Source: Chiloscyllium plagiosum
Taxonomy: Eukaryota
Reading direction: 5' to 3'
Assembly: GCF_004010195.1 (NCBI RefSeq)
Contig: NC_057718.1
Span: forward strand, 6,073,988-6,137,987
Length of the DNA: 64,000 nt
The notes beneath the pieces are model-generated. The model had not been told where the DNA came from. It worked only from the letters and a program-made list of their open reading frames with translations, and searched no databases. Numbering within the stretch: the stretch's first letter is position 1; each line of letters opens with the position of its first letter. Positions 24,501 to 36,500 of this stretch are shown here, piece by piece. A program made the translations under genes and the position numbers.

Positions 24501-27500
24501 CCCTACAGGCTCAGAGGGTAGGAGATGTTGACTCTGTTCCAAGTCCAGCTACTATAATTGACATTGACGAAGTGCAAGAATTCTGCATCACAGTGACTAT
24601 CTGCTACTCTGAGACCAGCTGTTTACACTCAACAAGATTATACAAAACTCAAAGACATGAGTTATGAATCTGAAGGTACGTGTTCTTAATGGACATACCA
24701 CAGAAACATTTTGAGTTTTTAAGGAGAAAGCTGAAATGTTATTTCTTTTGAGGAAGACCCATTCCAAACAAATAGATACACTTTGGAACAGGCTGGGGCT
24801 GTTTTCCCTGGAGCGTTGGAGGATGAGGCGTGACCTTATAGAGGTTTACAAAATTATGAGGGGCATGGATAGGGTAGATAGGCAAAGTCTTTTTCCTGGG
24901 GTCGGGGTGTCCAGAACTATAGGGCATAGGTTTAGGGTGAGAGGGGAAAGATATAAAAGAGACCTAAAGGGCAACTTTTTCACGCAGAGGGTGGTATGTG
25001 TATGGAATGAGCTGCCAGAGGAAGTGGTAGAGGCTGGTACAATTGCAACATTTAAGTGGCATTTGGATGGGTATATGAATAGAAAGCGTTTGGAGGGATA
25101 TGGGCCGGGTGCTGGCAGGTGGGACCAAATTGGGTTGGAATATCTGGTCAGCATGGATGGGTAGGACCGAAGGGTCTGTTTCCATGCTATATATATCTCT
25201 AGAACTAGAGGGCGTGGCTTTAGGTTGAGAGGAGAAAGATATAAAAGAGACCTAAGGGGCAACTTTTTCACACAGAAGATGGTGCGTGTATGGAATGAGC
25301 TGCCAGAGGAAGTAGTGGAGGCTGGTACAACTGCATTATTTAAAAGGCATCTTGATGGGTATATGAATAGGAAGGGTTTAGAGGGACATGGGCCATGTGC
25401 TGGCAAATGGGACAAGATTAAGTTGGCATTGACGAGTTGGACTGAAGGGTCTGTTTCTGTGCTGTACATCGCTATGACTCTGTGATTCTAATACCAGTAC
25501 ATGGGCAGTGATGTAAAAGTCATTACACAGAATAACACCAGTAAACCTACTCTTCTTTCAATAATCATATTGTAAATAGAGTTAATTTAGTAATGCCCAC
25601 CCTCTGATATGGACTGTGATTTGTTTTATTCATTCATAGGATGAGGGCATTGCTGTCCATCACTGATTGTTAAGGGTCGGTTAAGTGTCAACCACATTGC
25701 TGTGGGTCTGGTGTCAGATGTCGGCCAGACTAGGTAACAATGGCAGTTTCCTTCCATTAATGAACCACGTAGGTTTTCCTGATAATCAGCAATGGATTCC
25801 TGGTCATCATTATACACTTAATTCCAGATTTTTATTGAATTCAAATTCCACATTCTTTGTGACAGGATTTAAAATTGGGTGCCCAGAACATGAGAGCCAT
25901 AGAGTCATGCCATACAGCAGGGAAACACACCCTTTGGTGCAACTCATCTGTGCCTTCCAGATATCCAAATCTGACCTAGTCCCACTTGGTCAAAGTCCAT
26001 AAATTGCGGATACAATGGCCCCTGTACCAGAAACAGGAACAGAGGCAGTACTAAGGATTCTGTCGACCTACTCAACCAAGGAAATGTAGGAACAATCCAG
26101 ATCTGCAGCCAACTGGCACAGTTCCACTGAAGATAGAGCAGACACTGGTCCACCAATGCAGATATTAAGTTTCTCTTAAATTCTTGCAAAGCAGCACTCT
26201 ATTGCCCTTTCCCTCAGCCCTCTTATTACTGTGCTGAGACAAACTGTGCTGAAATAAGCAGCCAACTCAAGTAAGATACTGCTTTTTTTTCAATTGCACA
26301 GCAGAAAGATTCAGTGTGTGTAGCCCTTCTTGAAGGATTGCATGCTGCACATCCTGACAAGACCATAATAATTGTGGCTTTGCTTGTTTAGGTCAGCATG
26401 CCCATGTTTGGCTCATTTGCGCATTCAGCAAATTTGCTAAATCCTGTTTTAATTCACGGTCATTATCCAAAATATAAGGTTACCACCAAAGCAAGGGATG
26501 CATTATGAACTTTAATTCACCACAGACAGGATGAGTTCACCCTTACTTATTACAAAACTCATGGCAACTACCACAGCTTCCATGGCTTGATAAATATTTA
26601 CTGTCTTAGATGTCACCCTCAATCTTCTTCATTCTGTTTCTCAAGACGCACAGCTCCCTGAAGGAAATAAGCTGGTCAAAGAAAAGTGAGCTTCTCGTCC
26701 AAGTGTGTAGTGAACTTAAAAGAACTTTGCATTTCAAAAGTCGCTAACTTTCCATCTATATAGCATCCAGCTATTTTCCCTGAAGCGGCGGCGGATGAGG
26801 GGTGACCTTATAGAAGTTTATATAAATCATGAGGGCCATGGATAGCGTGACTATTCAAGGTCTTTTCCCCAGGGCAGAGGAGTCTAAAACTAGAGGGCAT
26901 AGGTTTAAGGTGAGAAGGGAATGATTTAAGAGGGACCTAAGGGGCAACCTTTTCATGCAGAGGGTGGATGGAATGAACTGCCAGAGGAAGTAGTGGAGGC
27001 CGGTACAATTACAAAATTTAAAAAGTTTCTGGATGGGCATATGAATAGGAAAGGATATGGAATTATGGAACAAATGCTGGCAAGTGGGACTAGCTTAATT
27101 TAAGATATTCGGTTAGTATGAACAAGTTGGACCCTAGGGTCTCATGTTTCCATGCTGTACATCTCCATGACTCTATGATGCTTTCAAAATCCCAGAATGC
27201 CCCAAACACGTTATAATCAGCTTCCTGCATTGCCCTAGACATTACTTTCCACTATAAGAACACTTAGCAGGCAATTTGTCATATCAAGAACCCACTCACA
27301 GTGCAGAAATAATAACTGACCACTTAGTTTAGGTGAGACTCAGCAGGTCTGGGAGCATCTGCAAAGAGAGAAACAGAGTTAAGGTTTCAAATCCAATGAC
27401 TCTTCTTCAGAACCATTGGACTCAAAATGCGTACTTTGCATTCTCTCCACAGATGGTGCCAGACCTGTTGAGTTTCTCCAGCACTTTGTGGTTTGTTTTG

Positions 27501-30500
27501 TCAGTATCTACATTTCTTTTTGTTTCACTTGCTTTAAGTTTGGTTAATGGATCATTATTAGAATCCAGGAAAAAAACAGATCCCTTCTTCTTCAAACAGA
27601 GGTCAGACCTTATGATATATTCTCAGTAAGCAAGTCAGTGCCTTGGTTTAATGATATAGCCAGAAATCGGTATCTCCGAAAGTGCTGTCTCTGTGCTGCA
27701 TTGAAAGCATTAGATTATCTCAGTCAGTCTCTGGATTGGAACCTGAACCTATAACCCTCTAACTCAAAAAAAGGAGAGGTCTCAATGAATCATTGTGGAC
27801 ACACAGTTAAACAGGAGCCAGGTGTTAAGCATGTAGTGAATATGGATATTGTCAGGTGTTATACAATAATATATCCCTTTCTGAAACTATTCACTTAACT
27901 CCATTTGCTTTGAATTAGCTCCTGGCATTCTGTTGTTCTTCAATGAGAACCATTATTGGATCCATGCTTTGCAAACATTCTTATCTTTTATACTACAGAG
28001 GCAACAGACATGCAACTCGATAGATGAGGTTCCCAGTTGGGAAGATGAAGCTAAAAGGAAAAAACTCTGTAACTTAATATTGTTCAAAATAACTCACAGA
28101 TTGATGAAAATATTCACCACTAGACCGCAGAAATCAAACCTATCCAACTGCAAGCTAAGTTGAGATAGAGAAATCCCAATCTCCATTTCCCCAAATCAGA
28201 TGGCTATCCATCAACCCAAAGGCCTTTTCAGCACGTTGTCAAACTATTCCAAGAATCTGACCTTGAGTAGCCTTTTTGGGTAACCCATCCCAGCTGTTGA
28301 TCTGCCATTATGTGAAGGGGGATACGACGTTGTCTGTCTTAAACTTATAACCATGGAATGGCTGGGAGTCGGCTTGGTTCTGGAATGTAGCCGCACTAAC
28401 ACTAGTTAGTGTGAACTAACACTGCCTTATCACCACAAAGACTGCACAAAAACTCAGTGGCTCACTATCCCAATGGCATCCCATTATTAACACAACCGCA
28501 CTTCAAAATGATCTCAGTTCTCCTTGGGAACGTGAGCAGAATATAAACACAACAACTATGTTGCATATCCCACTTATTTTGAAAGCGTCGCCAAGTTTCA
28601 GTCAAAAGAAAATGGAAACCGCATCAATATTTTCCTTTTACAGGGCTCTATTTACTCAAGTTTCAAGTTATGAAAGAGAAAAGAAAGTATGGAATCTGTC
28701 TCCGACTGACTCTGATGATGTAATTAAAAGCGATGAAGCCCAGCAGACTCTGAAAATCTACACTTTTTCTTCCTTTTTTCTCTTTAGGATTTTCCACGTC
28801 CACTTTCCCTTCACTCCAGCCGGATGAATTACAACTTTTTATTTGGTTCAGTAAGTGTGGAACAAATGAGATTTAGAACCAAGATAAAATTGCCACGAGT
28901 GCTTTTGAAGAAAAGTACAAGATTGTGTCTTGGCCTTCTGGCATTGAAAGTTAAAGGGGGATCTAAAGAAGTTACGACTCCATCAAATATTGCCAGATAA
29001 TTAAAAAGACCACAAGGTGCCAGAGCAGAAGTAGGCCATTCAGCCCATCAAGTTGATAGTCACAGATGAGGTGCCGGAAGACTGAAGGTTGGCTGACGTG
29101 GTGCCACTATTTAAGAAAGGTGTAACAAAAAGCCAGGGAACTATAGACCAGCAAGTCTGACATTGGTGGTGGGCAAGTTGTTGGAGGGAATACTGAGGGA
29201 CGGGAATTATATGTATTCAGAAAGGCGAGGACTTATTATGGATAGTCAACATGTGTGGGATATCATGTCTCACGAACTTGAGTGAGTTTTTTGAAGAAGT
29301 AATAAGAGGATTGATGAAGGTAAAGCCTCTATATGGACTTCAGTAAGGCATTTGACTAGGTTCCCCATGGGAGACTGGTTAGCAAGATTGGATCTCATGA
29401 ATACAGAGAGAACCAGGAGAACAGGCTCAAAGGTAGAAAACAGAGGGTGATGGTAGAGGGTTGCTTTTCAGACTGAAGGCCTGTGATCAGTAGAGTGCCA
29501 TAAGGATCGGTGCTGGGTCCACTACTTCTTGTCATTTATGTAAATGATTTGGCTGTGAACACAGGAGGTTAAATTAGTAGGTTTGCAGATGACACCAAAA
29601 TTGGAGGTGTAGTGGACAGCAAAGAAGGTTACCTTGGATTACAATGGGATCTTGATCAGATGAACCAATGGGTTGAGGAGTGGCAGATGGAGTTTAATTC
29701 AGATAAATGCAAGGCGCTGCATTTTGGAAAAGAAAATCAGAGCAGACTTATCCACTTAATGATAAGGTCCTAGGGAGTATTGCTAACAAAGAGACCTTGG
29801 AGTGCAGGTTCATAGTTCCTTGAAAATAGAGTTGCAGGTTGATAGGATAGTGAAGAAGGCATTTGGTATGTTTTCCTTTATTGGTCAGAAAATTGAGTAT
29901 AGGAGTTGGGAGGTCATGTTGCAGCTGTATTGGGTATTGGTGAGGCCACTTTCAAAATATTGCATGCAATTTTGGTCTTCTTCCTATCGGAAGGATGTTG
30001 TGAAACTTGACAGGATTCAGAAAGGATTTACAAGATTGCCAGGATTGGAGGATTTGAGCTATAGGGAGAGGTTGAATAGGCTGGGGCTGTTTTCCCTGGA
30101 GCGTCAGAGGCTGAGGGGTGACCTTATAGCGGTTTATAAAATCATGAAGAGCATGGATAGGGTAAATAGACAAAGTATTTTCACTGGGGTGGGGGTGTCC
30201 AGAGGCATCGGTTTAGGGTGAGAGGGGAAATATAAAAAAGGGACCTAAAGGGCAACTTTTCACACAAAGGATGGTGTACGTGTGGAATGAGCTGTCAGAA
30301 AGAGTGGTATAGGCTGGTACAATTACAACATGCAAAAGGCACCTGGATGGGCACATGAATATGAAGGGTTTGGAGGGATATGGGCCAAATACTGGCAAAT
30401 GGGACTAGATTAGGTTAGGATATCTGGTCGGCATCAACGAGTTGGACAGAAAGGTCTGTTTCCATGCTGCACATCTCTATGACTCTAAGTCTGCTCTGTC

Positions 30501-33500
30501 ATTCAATGAGATCATTGCTGATCTGATAGTCCTCAGCGTCACTTTCATGTCTTTCCCCCATAACATCCCTTACTGATTAAAAATGTGTCGATCTGAACTG
30601 ATTCAGAATGAACAGAATTATTCCTCCAAGAGTATGGACAGGCCACAATTTGGAGTACAACTTGGGTTCAGCTAGGGATGGAAATCCACAGGTAGACAGC
30701 ACATTGTTTCACATTCATTTTCATAGACAAAGAATTGCTGAGGCAGTTGCAATAGACATACCATCAACGCAGGACAAAAAGACCTGATATGTTTTCCTCA
30801 ATGAGGTCATAACCACGCTGTAACACAACTCAGAAACTGACCCTTCGGTCCAACCAGCCCATGCTGACCACGTTCCCAAACTAAACTCATCCCCCTTGGC
30901 CCATATCTCTCCAAACCTTTCCTAATCCATGTGTTTATTCAAATATCTTTACAAATATTCTAACTGTACCTGCATCCACCACTCCTTCTGGATGTTCATT
31001 CCACACACTAATCACTCCTGTCCTTTTTAAATCTTTCTCCTCTCACTTCTAGTCTTAAACTTCCCCTTCCACAAATCTGCTTTGCGCGTCCTTGTTTCAA
31101 GGTCTATCATTCGAGAAGATCCAAGTTCATAGCAATTTGCTCCACTCTGTCATTCACCCAGTCGAGCCTTGCAAAACATTAACTCATTCAGATATTTTTC
31201 TTTCTACATAGTGTTTGCCAAGTGCACACTGTGAGCCAAATTTACAGATAATTTGAAATTAACAAACTTGCCTTTAAGCACAGCCAGAGAATACACCATT
31301 AATATTCTGCTTTTTCCCGAAGACTGGCGTACAGCATGACACACATGCTCTGCTCACTTCACATTAACATGCCCTCAGAATGAAGGCTTCCAGCTAGAAA
31401 TATTCCATCCACTTAGATTCCAAAAACAATCATTTGATAAGTGTCATATGTTAATATTTCTCTCTTTGATTTACAAAACAGGAATGAAAGGGGGTTGTTT
31501 CAATGCCAAAAGAAGGCATTTGCTTTATATCCAATAAATTAGTCCTGCTGCTTCTAGATTACTCTTTGTATTCATAAAGACGTCGGTTCTTATATCATTT
31601 GGGGCCTCAAAATCTCTCTTCCTCTGACTCAAGAGCTTTCCAGAAGAACAGACCAGAGTTCAAGATTTATATTACTATTTGTGAGGAAGAATATTTCCTG
31701 ATTTCAGTGCAAAATGTCAATGTTTGTATCATTTTAAACACCTCACCATTCTAATATAAACAAGAGTCATGGCCAATCAAACACTTCAATGCCTTTTCCT
31801 CATCCCATTCCCTGTACGCCACCAAGCCATTGCTCCCTCAGAGCATGGGTCCCTAATATTTCAGCTCAAGACCCTCACTCAGCCTCCTGAACACTGCTTT
31901 TGGGAAATCTTGGCTTAAACTCTTCTTTCTGCAGAACCATTTCCAATTTGCCATTCAGCTTAATGAAGTAATCTCAGTTTCGGCCATCTCTGGCAATTTG
32001 GGTGTTAATTGCTTATTGATTCTTTCCACCAGGCCTCTTGAGTCTTCCCTGGCAATTTTTAAGAAAGGGCTGCAGAATCATAGAATCCCTACTATGTGGA
32101 AGCAGGCCATTCAACCCAACAAGTCCACACTGTCCCTCCAAACAGCATCCCACCCAGACTCACACCCCTACCCTATCCCTGCATTTCCCACAGCTAACCC
32201 ACCTAACCTGAACATCTTTGGACTTTGGGAGGAAACTGGAGAACCCAGAGGAAACCCACAAGGACACAGGAGAATGTGCAAACTCCACACAATCAACTGA
32301 TTGTGAAATTTAACCTGGGTCCCTCACGCTGTAAGGCAGCAGCGCTAACCACTGAGCCACTGTGCCAATCCTAAGACTGGAAGGTTCAGTGGTTTTGGTT
32401 GAGGAATCAACATATGGTTATAATCCTTGTGTGTCATGTGGGGTCAACCTACTGTGTAAATGAGATGGAGAAGGCAGGTGAATGGCTTTTAGTGATGTTC
32501 AAAAGGAATGGTATTAAAAAAAAACTCAGGATATTCAGAAGGAATTGCTAAATTATTGTAGAAAGTCAGCAGGTCTGGTAGCATCAGTGGGCAGAAAGCA
32601 AAATAAATGTTTCAGGCCAATAATTCCTTTACAGACCGAGTGTAACTAGAAGATGGTGTGTGTGTGTGTGTGCGATAAAGGGATGCATAATCATGAGCCA
32701 CAGACAATGAAAAGTTGCTAACGAGCTCCATCAGTCGGCTGAAAGCAGACCATGTGATGACAGGTCCTGAGGTTCAGGGTAGGTAGATGACATGGAAGAA
32801 GATATTCAGTCCCTAAGATTATCTTACAGTTCTTTGCTTTTTCCAAGTGATTGTGTCAGTTTAGATTCACTGAGGATACTCTCGCATCTAGTTCTGGAAA
32901 GTTGTGGATTTAAGTCCCAGACCAGCTTCCCAAAATGAGGGTGACACTCCAATGCAGTGTTATATATGCTCTGTACTGGTGAAAGCACTTTCCTTTGGAT
33001 AAAACATCAAACCAAATTTGCCCACCTGGAGAGATGTGAAAGATCTCTTTGCACAACTTTTACGAATAGCAAGTCTGTTATGCCCTATTTCCAGGCTGAT
33101 ATTAAGTCCTCATTAGCGTCACATGAAAATTTAAAAGTATGCAGGGCATAGATAAGGGAGAAGCAGGTTGGGTGTTTACACTGGCAGGTGAAACTAGAAC
33201 TAGAGGGCATAGCCTCAAAATAGCGGGAAGTAGGATTTAGGACTGAGATGAGGAGGAAGTTCTTCACCCAAAGGGTTGTGAATCTATGGAATTCCCTGCC
33301 CAGTGAAGCAGTTGAGGCGACTTCATTGAATGTTTTTAAGGCAAAGATAGACGGATTTTTGAACAGTAAAGGAATTAAGGACAATGGTGAGAGGGTGAAT
33401 AAGTGGAGCTGAGTCTATGAAAAGATCAGCCATGATCTTATTGAATGGCAGAGCAGGCTCGAAGGGCCAGATGGCCTACTCCTGCTCCTAGTTCTTATGT

Positions 33501-36500
33501 TCTTATCATGAAAACAGATGATCTGGTCATCATGTCATTGTTTTTTGTAGCAGGTGGAAGCTACACTGTCCTGCATTACTTCAGTGATTTCATTGCATAA
33601 GTACTTCATTATAAAGTGCTTTAGGACACACAAATTGCATAAAAGATGCATGCAAATGCAAGATTTTCTTTCTTGACTAAGGTCACAAGAAATAAAGCAT
33701 GTAATTTGCCAGAAAACATAAAAGAAAATCATTAGGAAAACATAACAGAAGAAATTGGAGGTTTTCAACATAATACCTCGATGAATTCTTGTAAATCACA
33801 GGAGCACATAATAGACAAAGTAAATACAAGGTTTTCATCAGGGGAATATCAAATATGTGTGATCAAGATTGCTGCTAAAATAATGGCAGGGTCTTTATTT
33901 AACATGGAGAAAGTGAGGACTGCAGATGCTGGAGATCAGAGCTGAAAATGTGTTGCTGGAAAAGCGCAGCAGGTCAGGCAGCATCCAGGGAACAGGAGAA
34001 TTGACGTTTCGGGCATAAGCCCTTCTTCAGGAATGGGCTTATGCCCGAAACGTCGATTCTCCTGTTCCTTGGATGCTGCCTGACCTGCTGCGCTTTTCCA
34101 GCAACACATTTTCAGCTTTATTTAACATGGTAAAATATCCAAAACACAAAGCTGACCAATGACAGCAGGCAGGGCCTGACTCTTGTTTTAAATGCTAAGT
34201 TGGGAAATACTGTGCACTATCTCTAAGCCCATTAACTCAGATTTCCACCCCTTTGTATATTACCAATCTGTAAGTGAAAGTGAAACTGTTGGCCACATTA
34301 TTTTTAAAATGTGAAATGAAGGAAGCTGTTGACTGGGGAACTGGGCATGGGCCAAAGATCGATGAATGAAAGGCCAGGGAATGAATGGACTTAAAGCAAG
34401 ACATGAAGCCAAGTCCCATGAGAGAGGCAGCTCAATAATTCCATGGGATAACGTTAGTTTGTGTTGGGATAGAGTGAGCAGAGGAAGGGGAAAACATTAA
34501 AAGCAACAGATCTGTTCTTAAACAGAGTGGATGTGGCATTGATAAATATTCTGGACTATGCTGAACCAGAAAATGTTTGTACTGCAATTTTTTTCCAGGA
34601 CTTTGTGGAGCCCACAAAAAGGCAGGTCAGAAGTCTGATTACTTTGGTATTTTCTAAACTTAAATAGTTAATCAGATGATGTCTATCATGTTTCCCAGTC
34701 CTGTTGAAAGGTTACCAACCTGAAGCATTAACTGAAGGCAGAATTCACTCATTGTTATTAAATTATTTAATCTATTGTCAGTTTAACTCACCCAATTGCC
34801 CACCAATCAGCTTAAGGGTCTTGCTCCATCACTGCACTCAACACTGACTTCCCAGCCAATGAGAGGCTGGGTCCTAAATGCGACCAGTCATAACTTATCT
34901 CCTCAAGGGATCCAGGAGCTGGAAGGTAAGTCTTTTCTTGTGTCTTTTTTGGCAGGCCCGTGACATAAGTTGGCATTACTGTTATTAGGATAGTTTTGTC
35001 TTTTGGAGATCTTACGTGTTAAACAAAGTCTCTTTGTACGGGAAGAAGGAAGTCAGGGATAAGTGCAGGGGGGGGTGTGTTCCATAGGCTACTGTGTTGC
35101 CTGTCATCTACGTTTCTGATGACCCCCAAATTTTATAGAATCGCTATAGTGTTGAAAAAGGTTGTTCAGCCCATCATGTCTGAACTGACCCTCCGAAGAG
35201 CATCCCACCCTCCCGCCACCTCTCCCTCTAGGTCTGGTGGGATTTCAGCCTGAATGCCCTTAACATTACCTGGCTTTCTGATCATACCAGGCTGTCACAT
35301 CCCAGTAATATTAGAAAACCATTCTGTAAATGCTAGTCATTCTTTTTTCCTTACCGTGGTTCTCTCACTGTTTGATGCTTTTGAAAAGTGTTTCAAACAT
35401 CAACATTCTAAAGGAAGTCGTGTGGCATGAGTTAAAAAATACTTTTTGCTGACTTCAAGACACCTGCATGAGATAGTTATGGCCAGGCATAGGTGCAGTA
35501 GCTGACATTCCCGTTGGAACACACTATAAGAATGAACAAAGTCCTCTCAGAGCAAAACAAGCTGGAAAAGGGAAGAGGGAAGAATTGGGAGGCGGGTAAT
35601 GTTTCTCAGGAACACCGCTACCATGTCTAGGGAGACATGTTTTGTGTGAATCCTCAGCAGTGAATGTATCCTCACCGTCTGATATTCCTACCCCCTGTTA
35701 TCTGCAGGCCCCTTGTGACCAGTGATTGCACTGTGCTCTCCTGTAAATTTATGGACAACATCTGAGCTGGTGTGCGAGTCTGAAATCAAATGATGATGTG
35801 ACTTTACCATCACTGAGGAGACGGTGAGGACTGCAGATGCTGGAGATCAGAGCTGAAAATGTGTTGCTGGAAAAGTGCAGCAGGTCAGGCAGCATACAGG
35901 GAGCAGGAGAATCGACGATTCAGGCATGAGCCCTTCTTCAGGAATGAGGAAAGTGTGTCCAGCAGGTTAAGATAAAAGGTAGGGAGGAGGGACTTGGGGA
36001 AGGGGTGTTGGAAATGCGACAGATGGAAGGAGGTCAAGGTGAGGGTGATAGGCCAGAGTGGGGGTGGGGGCGGAGAGGTCAGGAAGAAAATTNNNNNNNN
36101 NNNNNNNNNNNNNNNNNNNNNNNNNNNNNNNNNNNNNNNNNNNNNNNNNNNNNNNNNNNNNNNNNNNNNNNNNNNNNNNNNNNNNNNNNNNNNNNNNNNN
36201 NNNNNNNNNNNNNNNNNNNNNNNNNNNNNNNNNNNNNNNNNNNNNNNNNNNNNNNNNNNNNNNNNNNNNNNNNNNNNNNNNNNNNNNNNNNNNNNNNNNN
36301 NNNNNNNNNNNNNNNNGTGGGCGCAAGTTTTGCATTTCTTGCGGTTGCAGGGGAAGGTGCCGGGAGTAGAGGTTGGGTTGGTGGGGGGGTGTGGACCTGA
36401 CGAGGGAATCACGGAGGGAGTGGTCTTTTCGGAACGCTGATAGAGGAGGGGAGGAAAATATATCCCTGGTGGTGGGGTCCGTTTGGAGGTGGCGGAAATG

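Noticed and set aside
29058..30488. Active LINE reverse transcriptase gene
   Set aside because: 5'-truncated, with multiple stops and frameshifts.
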